Source of the DNA: a virus
Lineage: Duplodnaviria; Caudoviricetes
IMG/VR virus record: IMGVR_UViG_3300032177_000011
Coordinates: 1 to 63,474 of that record
Length of the DNA: 63,474 nucleotides
Direction: 5' to 3' (one strand)
The position numbers and the translations under genes are program-made. Of this stretch, positions 9,730 through 19,398 are shown one piece after another; positions within the stretch are counted from its first letter, which is position 1; every line of letters starts with the position of its first letter. The notes under the pieces are model-generated. The model searched no databases and was not told the DNA's origin. It saw only the letters and a list, made by a program, of their open reading frames with translations.

Positions 9730-9987
9730 GTGGACTACACCCTTAAATTTGCGTCTGAAGCGGAAGCTACCTTGGTACTATATGCGGATGGCAAACCGGT
9801 ATATCCAAACCTTGATACGCTAGGCACTATCTTCAAACCTACGGGCAAGACCGAAATTATCGAAGGGATTAAAATTCCAGTGATGGCGGCGACCCCCGGA
9901 TGGCACGTTAATGTACGCTGTGACGAGAACCCAGCGCTTGATAAATACGTAGTTGTAGCAACTACTCCTTCTAGGATATGGGCGTAA
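9730..9987 (+). CDS. Small protein following fiber gene
   Basis: GWHVNVR...PSRIWA; GTG start 2 nt after the fiber stop. Confidence 0.6.
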   Translation: MDYTLKFASEAEATLVLYADGKPVYPNLDTLGTIFKPTGKTEIIEGIKIPVMAATPGWHVNVRCDENPALDKYVVVATTPSRIWA

Positions 9988-9989
9988 TT

Positions 9990-10241
9990 ATGGCTAAAAA
10001 TCCCTCTCTTGCCGTAGGCCGCGGCGAAAAGCTTCCCGTATCCAAAGGCGCTGGTTTAACCGCCAAAGGTAGGGCTAAGTACAATAAAGCTACCGGCTCT
10101 AACCTTAAGGCCCCTCAACCGCAGGGTGGGGCTCGGAAAGATTCCTTTTGCTCGAGAATGTCAGGTATGCCCGGGCCTATGAAAGATGAGAAGGGTAAGC
10201 CCACTCGCAAGGCCGCATCACTAGCTAGATGGAAATGTTGA
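9990..10241 (+). CDS. Small basic phage protein
   Basis: GLTAKGRAKYN...GSNLKAP...RKDSFCSRM...WKC. Confidence 0.7.
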   Translation: MAKNPSLAVGRGEKLPVSKGAGLTAKGRAKYNKATGSNLKAPQPQGGARKDSFCSRMSGMPGPMKDEKGKPTRKAASLARWKC

Positions 10242-10243
10242 AC

Positions 10244-10510
10244 ATGTCTGATTCACGTATTGGGGCCGACCGTAGAACTGAACTCGATATGGTTCGTGAA
10301 ATTGCCACACACGCCTCTGATATTCGTCATATCCAAGAAGATATGGATACGATGTTGGAAGGCATGAAGAGTATGCAGAAGAGCCTCGCGGACATTAATG
10401 TCACACTGTCGGAAGCTAAAGGCGGATGGCGGGTACTGTTGATTATTGGGGGCGCTGCTGGTACAGTAGGTGCTGGGGCTATGCACCTCATCAACTGGTG
10501 GAATAAGTAG
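10244..10510 (+). CDS. Coiled-coil protein with C-terminal TM segment (holin-like)
   Basis: Coiled coil followed by KGGWRVLLIIGGAAGTVGAG hydrophobic stretch. Confidence 0.55.
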   Translation: MSDSRIGADRRTELDMVREIATHASDIRHIQEDMDTMLEGMKSMQKSLADINVTLSEAKGGWRVLLIIGGAAGTVGAGAMHLINWWNK

Positions 10511-10860
10511 TGCCTTCTTCGACTATAAAGCAACATAATTTCATGGCGGCAATCGCCAAGAATCCTGCCTTTGCGAAGAAGGCCGGTGTTCCCCAGTCCG
10601 TAGGGGCTGATTTCATTAAGGCCGATACCGGTCGTAAATTTGCAAAAGGTGGTGAGACTATGGCTACAAAGAAAGCAATGCCCAAGGGCATGTTCGGTGA
10701 TAAGGGCGCACTAGCAAAACACGCGGCTAAACCCGCGTCCAAAGCGCACGCTGGCCTCAAAGCTGGGGGCACGACCAAGATGGCTAAAGGCGGTGGAGTG
10801 GAGTCCAAGGGTAAAACCAAGTGCGCAATGGTTAAGATGGCTGGCGGAGGTACCTGCTAA
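10510..10860 (+). CDS. Small K/G-rich protein with xAxGG motifs
   Basis: FAKGG, MAKGG, MAGGG; coupled GTG start. Confidence 0.65.
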   Translation: MPSSTIKQHNFMAAIAKNPAFAKKAGVPQSVGADFIKADTGRKFAKGGETMATKKAMPKGMFGDKGALAKHAAKPASKAHAGLKAGGTTKMAKGGGVESKGKTKCAMVKMAGGGTC

Positions 10861-11150
10861 TGGAACGCCCCTCCAAACAAGAAGTCGATGATCTGCGTAA
10901 GCAGGCCCTTATGGATGCCGCATATGAGGCGTCAATGCGCAATACTCCTCCCGCGCCAATGCGGCCCGCCTCCGCGCCTAGGGCTAAAGCACAGTCTGAT
11001 GCGGTTACCGAGATGCTTCAGGAAGTCCAAGACGCCAAGGCCCGCAAGAAAATTTCTGCTATGGGGTATGCTAAAGGCGGTTCTGTCAGTGCTTCCAAAC
11101 GTGCTGATGGCTGCGCCACCAAGGGTAAGACCCGGGGCATTTTTATCTAG
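10860..11150 (+). CDS. Small protein with GGSVSAS.R.DGCATKGKTRG tail
   Basis: TAATG coupling; C-terminal motif shared with next gene. Confidence 0.65.
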   Translation: MERPSKQEVDDLRKQALMDAAYEASMRNTPPAPMRPASAPRAKAQSDAVTEMLQEVQDAKARKKISAMGYAKGGSVSASKRADGCATKGKTRGIFI

Positions 11151-11158
11151 GAGGGTAT

Positions 11159-11983
11159 ATGGCCAAAAATCCAAATATTGACGACGCCACTCGCGCCCGA
11201 GCAATGCGATACGTCTCCGCAGGCGCTGCCGATGAAGCCGATGAAGCCGATAAAGCCGCTGGGGTACTGGCGGCAGAGTCTGAAGTTGAGCCGGGATATA
11301 GCCCACGGGCAACCCCCGCAGCTAAACCCGCAATAGTTACCAAAGAAGCCCTTGCTAAATCTGGTTTGAGCCTTCGGGACTATATGAACCGGCAGCAAGG
11401 ATTAACTAGGCGTGGGAGTACCCCCGCACCCAAAGGCGGTAGCGGAGGGGGTAGGGGCCCCACTGCAGAAGAGCTTGATAGCTACACGGCTACAAAACGC
11501 CAAGCAGCTATGGATAAAGCTAAGGCAGCCGCAGCAACGCCAGCCGGAAAAGCGGCTCGCGCTAAACAGATTGAGGCTCAGGCCCTAGAAGCGTCACGTC
11601 CTGAAGAGATGTTGCTCGGCATAGCTAAAGCACCTGTAAGTGCCGCTAAAGGGCTGCGTGCCTTGCAAAATCTAAGTCCCAGCGAGGCACAAGCGCTACT
11701 CAAAAGCTCCGGTAATGTGTTTAGTAAGCCGGGGTCAAAGGCTAATGAGTATGTGCAAGCATTGCTTGAGAACGCTCAGGGCAAGCTTAACGCGCCCGCT
11801 AGGGAAGCCGTAAAACAATTGGCGGCCCCTACGCGCCGCTTGACAGGGCCTAAGACCGCTGAGGCTATTGGGTACCGTAAAGGCGGGGCGGTTAAAAAAT
11901 ACGCTAGCGGCGGGTCTGTCAGCGCCTCTAGTCGTGGCGATGGCTGCGCCACCAAGGGTAAGACCCGGGGTAAAATGCTGTGA
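11159..11983 (+). CDS. A/K-rich protein with GGSVSAS.R.DGCATKGKTRG tail
   Basis: GGAGG RBS; shared C-terminal motif. Confidence 0.65.
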   Translation: MAKNPNIDDATRARAMRYVSAGAADEADEADKAAGVLAAESEVEPGYSPRATPAAKPAIVTKEALAKSGLSLRDYMNRQQGLTRRGSTPAPKGGSGGGRGPTAEELDSYTATKRQAAMDKAKAAAATPAGKAARAKQIEAQALEASRPEEMLLGIAKAPVSAAKGLRALQNLSPSEAQALLKSSGNVFSKPGSKANEYVQALLENAQGKLNAPAREAVKQLAAPTRRLTGPKTAEAIGYRKGGAVKKYASGGSVSASSRGDGCATKGKTRGKML

Positions 11984-12201
11984 GGCCTAGCCGCGGGATG
12001 GGAGCTATGCTCTCTTCCAAAATGCCTAAGGCAAAGCGAACGAAGCGCCGGGACGATACCGACTTCGAGACCTTTGCCGAAGGCGGCACTGTAGGGCTGT
12101 GGGATAACATCAATGCCAAGCGAAAGCGCGGGGCCAAGATGCGCAAGCCCGGGTCTCCCGGTGCTCCGACTGACAAAGCATTTAAAGATTCGGCCAAATA
12201 A
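11980..12201 (+). CDS. Small basic phage protein
   Basis: GTGA coupling; FAEGG and GLWDNINAKRKRG..MRKPGSPGAPT. Confidence 0.65.
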   Translation: MRPSRGMGAMLSSKMPKAKRTKRRDDTDFETFAEGGTVGLWDNINAKRKRGAKMRKPGSPGAPTDKAFKDSAK

Positions 12202-12893
12202 TGACTACCTCTGGAACCACTAACTTCAATCTGGACCTGACGGAACTGGTAGAAGAAGCGTACTCCCGTTGCGGGGCAGAGCTTAGGACCGGCTGGGATT
12301 TACGCACTGCCCGTATTTCGTTAAACCTGATGTTCGCAGACTGGTCGAATCGCGGCATAAATTTGTGGACTGTGGAGCAAGGGTCGATCCCTCTTGTAGC
12401 CGGTACCGCCACATACGATCTGCCGGATAACACTGTGGACTTGATGGAGCACGTTATCCGTACAGGTGCAGGGAGCGCCTCTACGCAGGCTGATCTGACG
12501 ATTACGCGCATTAGTGTATCCACCTATGCCACACTGCCCAATAAACTGACTCAGGCGCGTCCTATTCAGGTTTACATTAACAGGCAAGCCCCTACACCCA
12601 CGGTAACCGTGTGGCCTGTCCCCGATGCCGCGCAGACCTATACCTTCGTGTACTGGCGGCTTAAGCGTATTCAGGATGCTGGAAGTGGTAGTAATACGAT
12701 GGCGGTGCCGTTCCGGTTCCTCCCCTGCATGGTAGCGGGGCTGGCGTATTATCTGTCCATGAAAGTCCCCGGGGCCATAGACCGTATGCAGGCCTTGAAA
12801 GAGCAGTACGATGCAGCTTGGCAATTGGCCGCAGATGAAGACCGGGACAAGGCGGCTGTCCGGTTTGTCCCACGCCAGATGTTTCTTGGCTAG
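12201..12893 (+). CDS. Putative head-tail adaptor/tail tubular protein
   Basis: MTTSGTTNF..EEAY.RCG..TARISLNLMFADWSNRGINLWT and PFRFLPCMVAGLAYYLS; position in tail module. Confidence 0.7.
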   Translation: MTTSGTTNFNLDLTELVEEAYSRCGAELRTGWDLRTARISLNLMFADWSNRGINLWTVEQGSIPLVAGTATYDLPDNTVDLMEHVIRTGAGSASTQADLTITRISVSTYATLPNKLTQARPIQVYINRQAPTPTVTVWPVPDAAQTYTFVYWRLKRIQDAGSGSNTMAVPFRFLPCMVAGLAYYLSMKVPGAIDRMQALKEQYDAAWQLAADEDRDKAAVRFVPRQMFLG

Positions 12894-12895
12894 CC

Positions 12896-13456
12896 ATGCC
12901 GCTAAAAGACCCAGCCGCACGAAAAGCGTACGCAGCAGCATACGCAAAAGCTAACCCGGCGTATTTGCGGGTTAAGGCGTGGCGTGCAGAAAACCAAGAA
13001 CGAGTAAGAGAACATCAAGCTGCATATGCAGCAACGCATCCAGAAGTTTTAGCCGCAAAAGCAAAGCGACACCGCGAACGTCATTTAGAAAAGAGGCGCG
13101 AAGAAGACCGCGCAATTTCTGCACGATACCGCGTTGCAAACAAAGAAAAAGTTTCCGCTGCAAAGAAAGCGTATGCACAAAGCAATAAACATAAAGTTAA
13201 CGCCTCGGTAGCCCGGCGTGCGGCTGCTAAAGTACAACGCACTCCTATCTGGTTAACGCAAGAGGACCACTGGATGATTGGGCAAGCTTATGAGCTTGCG
13301 GCGTTGCGAACCGCAATGTTTGGTTTTTCTTGGCATGTAGATCACGTGCTTCCTTTACGCGGAAAATTAGTCTCTGGGTTACATACCCCATGCAATTTGC
13401 AAGTTATTCCCGGCTCTGAGAATTGCCGCAAGGGGAACCGAATGGAGCTTGTATAA
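12896..13456 (+). CDS. HNH endonuclease (free-standing)
   Basis: WHVDHVLPLRGKLVSGLHTPCNLQVIPGSENCRKGN. Confidence 0.85.
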   Translation: MPLKDPAARKAYAAAYAKANPAYLRVKAWRAENQERVREHQAAYAATHPEVLAAKAKRHRERHLEKRREEDRAISARYRVANKEKVSAAKKAYAQSNKHKVNASVARRAAAKVQRTPIWLTQEDHWMIGQAYELAALRTAMFGFSWHVDHVLPLRGKLVSGLHTPCNLQVIPGSENCRKGNRMELV

Positions 13457-13845
13457 TGGCAAATAGGTTTGCTTCCGGTAAAAATTCTATAGCCGAATGC
13501 GACCGTTGTTCCCAACGGTTTAAGCTCACGCGGCTAAAGAAGCAAGTTGTCAAGCAGAAGCTGTACAACATTATGGTGTGTCCTGAATGTTGGGACCCAG
13601 ATCATCCTCAGTTAATGCTTGGAACCTTCCCTGTAGAAGACCCGCAAGCTGTCAGAGAGCCCCGCCCTGATCGCAGCTATGTGACTTCCGGGATACTTGC
13701 AAATGGCTCCTACGGCGGAGGTAGCCGGGTATTTCAGTGGGGATGGAATCCTGTAGGGGGCGCAAGTAGCTTTGATGCGGTTCTAACGCCAAATAGCTTG
13801 GTGGCTACGGGGTCTGTCGGTACAGTTTCAATAGTGATTTCATAA
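13456..13845 (+). CDS. Zn-finger phage protein
   Basis: CDRC...VCPECWDPDHPQL...PRPD; TAATG coupling. Confidence 0.7.
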   Translation: MANRFASGKNSIAECDRCSQRFKLTRLKKQVVKQKLYNIMVCPECWDPDHPQLMLGTFPVEDPQAVREPRPDRSYVTSGILANGSYGGGSRVFQWGWNPVGGASSFDAVLTPNSLVATGSVGTVSIVIS

Positions 13846-13854
13846 GGAGCCACG

Positions 13855-14133
13855 ATGAAAACATGGATTGCCGATCTGGAGTTGCGTCAGCGCCTGCTGA
13901 TTGCCTTGATTGCCGTGGATCACTTGGTACTTGTGCTGATCACGCTGGGCAATTGCGCACGAGGCGAAACGATCTCGGCGAGTGCTTGGAGACAAGAGCA
14001 AGCTGGCAAGCTGCAAGGGCGCATTGCGCGGCCCGTGATCGACTGGCTATTTCACTTCATCGAAAAAAATCATTGCTCACAATCGTGGCTAGCTGAAAAG
14101 CACATGTACACCCCACCCCCACGCGGGCTCTAA
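13855..14133 (+). CDS. Hypothetical membrane-associated protein
   Basis: AAGGAG RBS; hydrophobic N-terminus; ETISA..R...IDWLF...HC. Confidence 0.65.
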   Translation: MKTWIADLELRQRLLIALIAVDHLVLVLITLGNCARGETISASAWRQEQAGKLQGRIARPVIDWLFHFIEKNHCSQSWLAEKHMYTPPPRGL

Positions 14134-14235
14134 ATGCGCGGGGCTTGCGCCTAGCGGCGCTAGAAACTACCAAAGTTTAGATTGACAAATTCGTATAACT
14201 TGGCACACTGCCATAGTCACTAAAAGGAGCCTACG

Positions 14236-14433
14236 ATGGCATTCACCAAGAAGATGATGGGCAAGGAAGTTGGCGCAGCCTCTGTATACGCAAAGCCTCA
14301 TACGGGCTCGGTTGCAGGTGTGGACTTGACCAATAACGGCTACCCGCAGACCGGCATTAAAACCACGGGTATCAAGACTCGCGGTAATGGCGCAGCCACA
14401 AAGGGCGTGACCGCCCGAGGACCGATGGCGTAA
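14236..14433 (+). CDS. Small basic protein
   Basis: AAGGAG RBS; GIKTRGNGAATKGVTARGPMA. Confidence 0.65.
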   Translation: MAFTKKMMGKEVGAASVYAKPHTGSVAGVDLTNNGYPQTGIKTTGIKTRGNGAATKGVTARGPMA

Positions 14434-14434
14434 C

Positions 14435-15094
14435 ATGGCTATGACCTATACGGAGTTGTGCGCGAATATCGCGGACATTACTCAAAACGAGTACACGGCT
14501 GCTGAATACAAGATGTTCACTGCTCAGACAGAACAGCGGATATTCAACTCTGTTCAGCTTCCGTCGCTCCGTAAAACTGCGGCTATTGCCTCCGTTATTG
14601 GGAATCAGTTCATCAACGTTCCCACAGATTTCCTGTCAGCGTTCTCCGTTGCGGTAGTAGACCCAACAACTTTGGAATATACGTACCTGCTCAATAAGGA
14701 CGTCAACTTTATCCGGGAAGCGTATCCTACGGTAGCGGCTACGGGAACTCCGAAGCACTACGCTATCTATGGAAACCAGACGGGTACTGAACTCGCACTG
14801 CGATTCATACTAGGCCCAACTCCCGATAAGGTCTACTCTACAGAGCTAGCGTACTTCTACTACCCAGAGTCCATTGTTACTGCTGGCACCACATGGCTAG
14901 GCGAGAACTTCGATTCCGCCCTGCTAAACGGAGCCCTCGTAGAAGCCATTCGCTTTATGAAGGGTGAGCCGGATATGGTCAAGCTGTACCAAGACATGTA
15001 CGTACAGTCGCTTACGCTGCTCAAAAACTTGGGTGATGGCAAGCTCCGTCAGGATGCTTACCGTAGCGGACAACCCCGAAACGCGGTAATTTGA
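14435..15094 (+). CDS. Putative tail adaptor/connector protein
   Basis: LLNKDVNFIREAYP..GTPKHYA..LGPTPD..YFYYPESI..TTWLG; tail module. Confidence 0.7.
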   Translation: MAMTYTELCANIADITQNEYTAAEYKMFTAQTEQRIFNSVQLPSLRKTAAIASVIGNQFINVPTDFLSAFSVAVVDPTTLEYTYLLNKDVNFIREAYPTVAATGTPKHYAIYGNQTGTELALRFILGPTPDKVYSTELAYFYYPESIVTAGTTWLGENFDSALLNGALVEAIRFMKGEPDMVKLYQDMYVQSLTLLKNLGDGKLRQDAYRSGQPRNAVI

Positions 15095-15095
15095 T

Positions 15096-15515
15096 ATGGC
15101 TATAGCTCAAACCCTGTGCTCCAGCTTCAAACAGCAACTGTTTTTGGCTCAACACGACCTCAGTACGGATGTAATCAAGATCGCTCTGTACACGAGTGCC
15201 GCTTCTATCGGGCCGGATACTACGGTCTATTCGGTATCGGATGAGGTAGTTGGTATGGGATACACTGCGGGGGGTATCCCCCTTACTGGCGCTACCGTGT
15301 TGCTATCAGGCACAACGGCCTACGTAGACTTTGATAACGCGGTATGGCCCGCGGCTACCTTTACAGCCCGGGGAGCCCTTTTGTACAATAGCTCCAAGGC
15401 AAACAAAGCCGTAGCGGTACTAGATTTTGGGGCAGACAAAACGGGGGCTGCGCAAACATTCACGATCCAAATACCTGCAAATGTAGCGTCTAGTGCGTTA
15501 CTTCGGATAGCTTAA
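15096..15515 (+). CDS. Tail-associated structural protein
   Basis: SFKQQL...KIALYTS...TARGALLYN...AVLDFGADK. Confidence 0.7.
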   Translation: MAIAQTLCSSFKQQLFLAQHDLSTDVIKIALYTSAASIGPDTTVYSVSDEVVGMGYTAGGIPLTGATVLLSGTTAYVDFDNAVWPAATFTARGALLYNSSKANKAVAVLDFGADKTGAAQTFTIQIPANVASSALLRIA

Positions 15516-15523
15516 AGGGTACC

Positions 15524-16603
15524 ATGGCAAGTTTATACTCTACCAACCTTAAACTCGAGTTGATCGGGACTGGAGACCAGAGCGGTCTTTGGGGTGGCAC
15601 AACCAATACTAACATCGGCACGGCCTTGGAACAGGCTATCGTAGGTAAAGCCTCGCTTGTAACAGGGGACTTCGCAGCCAACGTAGCTACGCTTACGCTA
15701 CTGGACACCAACGCAAGCCAAACAGCCCGGGCCTTTGTACTGGATGTAACCGCTACGCTATCTGCTGCGGGTACGATCAATGTGCCGGCTATTCAGAAGC
15801 CGTACCTTGTGTTTAATAACACTGTAGGCGGGTTCGCCCTTACGGTTAAAGTTTCGGGTCTGACGGGCGTTGTGGTCCCCAATGGCAAGCGAATGCTGGT
15901 GTACAACAATGGCACAGATGTCATTGACGGTATCAATTACCTTAATGGGGTAGCTACCAATCTAGCAGGGGGCTCCGATGGGGTTATACCGTACCAATCG
16001 GCTCCGGGGGTTACTGGGTTCTCCGCCGCAGGAACTGCGGGGCAAGCCCTACTTTCTGGCGGTACTGGGGCTCCTACATGGGGTACTCTTTCGGTAGGTA
16101 GCGGGGGGACTGGCGCAACTACGCTAACAGGTATCGTAAAAGGTACGGGAACTACTGCATTTACTGCGGCTACTGCGGGTACAGATTACGTAGCGCCTTC
16201 GGGTGCGTTAGGGACCCCATCGTCAGGGACCTTAACCAACTGTACAAAGGATGGTACCAACGGAGTTGGGTACCTGAATATCCCGCAAAATAGCCAATCA
16301 GCAGCCTACACGCTGGTCCTTGCCGATCAAGGCAAACACATATTGCACCCCAGTGCAGACACCACAGCAAGGATTTTCACGATCCCGGCGAATGCCTCGG
16401 TGGCGTTTCCCATTGGTACGGCAGTAACGTTTGTAAACCAAAATGCGGCGGGCGTGATGACCATTGCGATCACCACGGACGTGATGCGCTTGGCAGGGGC
16501 GGGCACAACGGGCAGTCGGACGCTTGCGGCTAATGGGGTTGCTACGGCCATCAAGCTCACGGCGACGGAGTGGATTATTTCGGGCGGGAGTGGCTTGACA
16601 TGA
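15524..16603 (+). CDS. Tail fiber protein
   Basis: N-terminal LELIGTGDQSGLWGGTTNTN anchor-like segment, G/T-rich shaft, IPQNSQSAAYTLVLAD C-terminal domain. Confidence 0.7.
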   Translation: MASLYSTNLKLELIGTGDQSGLWGGTTNTNIGTALEQAIVGKASLVTGDFAANVATLTLLDTNASQTARAFVLDVTATLSAAGTINVPAIQKPYLVFNNTVGGFALTVKVSGLTGVVVPNGKRMLVYNNGTDVIDGINYLNGVATNLAGGSDGVIPYQSAPGVTGFSAAGTAGQALLSGGTGAPTWGTLSVGSGGTGATTLTGIVKGTGTTAFTAATAGTDYVAPSGALGTPSSGTLTNCTKDGTNGVGYLNIPQNSQSAAYTLVLADQGKHILHPSADTTARIFTIPANASVAFPIGTAVTFVNQNAAGVMTIAITTDVMRLAGAGTTGSRTLAANGVATAIKLTATEWIISGGSGLT

Positions 16604-17625
16604 GTGCGATCCAGCAGGTTTTGGCTGCGGGTGGGGGAGCACTGTCTACAATTGTTTTAACCGCCGACGCTTCACCATACATATACGCATACCTATGGAG
16701 TGGCGCGGGCTTCGGTACTAAGTATGCAGACCCTGCCACTTTACCAACTGGGGTTGGGTATGGCGTTGCTTTTAACCCTTCCGGGACTGCGATAGCAGTA
16801 GTGCATGACGCACCAAACATCAGCGTCTACCCATGGAGTGGCGCGGGCTTCGGCACTAAATATGCTGACCCAGCAACCTTGCCCACTGGCGGTGGGCGCG
16901 GAGTGGCTTTCAATCCTGCCGGGACTGCGATAGCAGTGGCTCATCTCGTCTCCCCATTCGTCTCGACGTACCCATGGAGTGTCGCGGGCTTCGGCACTAA
17001 ATATGCGAACCCAGCAACCTTGCCCACTGGCAATGCCCTAGGGGTGGCTTTCAATCCTACCGGGACTGCGATAGCAGTGGCTCACGCTACTTCTCCACAC
17101 ATCAGCGTCTACCCATGGAGTGGCGCGGGCTTCGGCACTAAATATGCGAACCCAGCAACCTTGCCTACGGGTAATGGACGCGGAGTAGCTTTCAATCCTG
17201 CCGGGACTGCGATAGCAGTGTCGCACGATACATCCCCATTCGTCTCGACGTACCCATGGAGTGGCGCGGGCTTCGGCACTAAATACGCTGACCCAGCAAC
17301 CTTGCCTACGGGTACTTCAAATCGCGTTAGCTTTAACCCTGCTGGAACCGCAATAGCAGTGGCTCATGCAACAACCCCCTTTATATCTGTATATCCGTGG
17401 AGTGCCGGATTTGGCACTAAATACGCTGACCCAGCAACGTTGCCCACTGGCATTGCCAGTGGCGTTGCTTTCAATCCTACCGGGACTGCGATAGCAGTGG
17501 CTCACGCTACTTCTCCATACATCAGCGTCTACCCATGGAGTGGCGCGGGCTTCGGCACTAAATATGCGAACCCAGCAACCTTGCCCACTGGCAGAGGGAG
17601 TGACGTAGCATTCTCCCCCAACTAA
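16600..17625 (+). CDS. Seven-bladed beta-propeller repeat protein (candidate receptor-binding)
   Basis: Seven 46-47 aa repeats YPWSGAGFGTKYAxPATLPTG....VAFNPxGTAIAVxH; ATGA overlap with fiber stop. Confidence 0.8.
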   Translation: MSAIQQVLAAGGGALSTIVLTADASPYIYAYLWSGAGFGTKYADPATLPTGVGYGVAFNPSGTAIAVVHDAPNISVYPWSGAGFGTKYADPATLPTGGGRGVAFNPAGTAIAVAHLVSPFVSTYPWSVAGFGTKYANPATLPTGNALGVAFNPTGTAIAVAHATSPHISVYPWSGAGFGTKYANPATLPTGNGRGVAFNPAGTAIAVSHDTSPFVSTYPWSGAGFGTKYADPATLPTGTSNRVSFNPAGTAIAVAHATTPFISVYPWSAGFGTKYADPATLPTGIASGVAFNPTGTAIAVAHATSPYISVYPWSGAGFGTKYANPATLPTGRGSDVAFSPN

Positions 17626-17634
17626 ATAAACACC

Positions 17635-17949
17635 ATGACCCCAGAACAACTCACCCAAAACATCGCAGCCCGCACCGAAGAAGTTGCAGGCTACCAAACC
17701 AACATCGACAACTACACCCGCATGGTTGCAAAGATCAGCGCCAAGTGGTGTGAAAAAACGCAGCCATTGCGAGGGCTTGATACACAGCAAATGGTTTCTC
17801 TGTGCGCCGATGAGTCCGTATTGATGCAGGCGGCAGACCTTAACTTCCGCGACAAGCTACAAATGTCAATTCGCGCAGAGCGCATCGAGCAACGTAAAGC
17901 CATACTGGTGCTGGAAGTGCTTAAAGACCAACTGGAGACACAGCCATGA
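17635..17949 (+). CDS. Hypothetical coiled-coil protein
   Basis: 104-aa ORF in fiber module. Confidence 0.6.
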   Translation: MTPEQLTQNIAARTEEVAGYQTNIDNYTRMVAKISAKWCEKTQPLRGLDTQQMVSLCADESVLMQAADLNFRDKLQMSIRAERIEQRKAILVLEVLKDQLETQP

Positions 17950-18473
17950 GCTACTGCCAACTGGATGAAGATGGGACGTACCTGCGCGAAGTCTATGGCG
18001 ATGTGCAGGAATGGGACGAGAACAATTACTGCTCAGTGGATGCACTTGTCAAAGACGGCAAAGCAGATCAATTTCGCGTGGTGCCCTTGACCATAACTGA
18101 GCCGCCTAGCTATAACCCACTCACACAAACAGCAGTGCGCGACGGCTGCGAGCTTGTGGATGGGGCGTGGCAGTACAAATGGCGCATTGACGCCCTGAGC
18201 GCAGAGCAGATTGCAGCGGCCTACGCAGCCACCATCCCGCAAGTTGTCACCATGCGCCAAGCCCGCCTAGCCTTGCTGGGTGCTGGCAAATTGGCAAGCG
18301 TCACGGCAGCTATCAACACACTGCCAAGCCCGCAAAAAGAGGCTGCACAGATCGAGTGGGAATACAGCCAAACGGTTGAGCGCAATCGAGGCTTTGTACT
18401 GCTGTTGAGCGCTGCGCTTGGGCTGACTGATGCCCAACTGGATGCGCTTTTCGTCACCGCAGCGGGGCTGTAA
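17946..18473 (+). CDS. Tail fiber assembly/chaperone-like protein
   Basis: PQVVTMRQARLALL...IEWEY...LGLTDAQLDALF C-terminal domain. Confidence 0.65.
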   Translation: MSYCQLDEDGTYLREVYGDVQEWDENNYCSVDALVKDGKADQFRVVPLTITEPPSYNPLTQTAVRDGCELVDGAWQYKWRIDALSAEQIAAAYAATIPQVVTMRQARLALLGAGKLASVTAAINTLPSPQKEAAQIEWEYSQTVERNRGFVLLLSAALGLTDAQLDALFVTAAGL

Positions 18474-18940
18474 TGTTCTCTGCACTCCTGTCCTTTCTTG
18501 GGGGCTCTGTATTTCGCATGTTGTTTGGCGAGATAAGCTCGTGGATGAATAAGAAACAAGATCACCTGCATGAGATGGACCGGATGCGGCTGCAAGGCGA
18601 ACTAGATAACTCCCAGTTTCTGCGTACCCAAGATGCGCTACGCCTTCATGCAGAGTTGGGGGTCAAGCTAGTGCATGTGCAGGCCGAAGCGGTAGTGGAT
18701 CAAATAGAAGCTAACGGGTGGCTGGCTGCAGTCAAGGGGACTACGCAGACTATTGGTATCTGGTTCATTGACGCTTGGAACGGGGTCATTCGCCCCTTCG
18801 TAGCTACGTGGGCCGTTATTATGGTCACGCTGCACTTCGCGCAAACTGGATGGGTACTGGACGATAACGGCTGGAGCATATGCGGCGCGGCACTGGGAAT
18901 CTATTTAGCGGATCGGTCCCTCTTCAAGCGTGGTAAATGA
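18473..18940 (+). CDS. Putative holin/membrane lysis protein
   Basis: Hydrophobic segments and IRP...Y..DRSL.K; immediately upstream of lysozyme. Confidence 0.55.
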   Translation: MFSALLSFLGGSVFRMLFGEISSWMNKKQDHLHEMDRMRLQGELDNSQFLRTQDALRLHAELGVKLVHVQAEAVVDQIEANGWLAAVKGTTQTIGIWFIDAWNGVIRPFVATWAVIMVTLHFAQTGWVLDDNGWSICGAALGIYLADRSLFKRGK

Positions 18941-19398
18941 GTACGGAAGCCGTTACGATAGCGGCCTCGCTCTGTCGGCAGTTTGAAGGGCTGTATCTCA
19001 AGCCTTATATGTGCCCGGCCCTCGTGGCGACTGTGGGCTACGGAGCGACCCGATACGAGGATGGACGCCGCGTAACTCTAGCGGACGCCCCGATAACCAA
19101 GGCCCGGGCTGAAGAACTTTTGAGGTGGGAGTTAAATAAGGTCTGCTTACCTGCGGTAAGACGATCCTGCCCTGAGCTTACAGAGCCCCGCAAACTAGCG
19201 GCGATACTCGACTTCACATTCAACCTAGGTTCTGGAAACTTGCATAGCAGTACGCTTCGTAAGAAAATCAATCTCGAAGACTGGGCTGCTGCGCAGTTAG
19301 AATTGGCTAAATGGGTGCGCGGCGGGGGGCGCATACTCCCCGGCTTGGTAAAACGCCGTACTGCAGAAGCCGCACTATTAAGGTCTATATGCCCATAA
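18937..19398 (+). CDS. Endolysin, GH24 lysozyme
   Basis: FEG..LKPY.CPA...TVGYG, FNLGSG...STL, W...GG..LPGLVKRR.AE. Confidence 0.9.
   Translation: MSTEAVTIAASLCRQFEGLYLKPYMCPALVATVGYGATRYEDGRRVTLADAPITKARAEELLRWELNKVCLPAVRRSCPELTEPRKLAAILDFTFNLGSGNLHSSTLRKKINLEDWAAAQLELAKWVRGGGRILPGLVKRRTAEAALLRSICP

Noticed and set aside
14134-14235. Promoter or ncRNA in this intergenic gap
   Set aside because: TTGACA at 14182 lacks a well-spaced consensus -10 and the GC hairpins are short; too weak to call
16600-17625. CRISPR array or DGR template/variable repeats
   Set aside because: Repeats are in-frame coding blades with no unique spacers; no reverse transcriptase found and I saw no adenine-specific pattern
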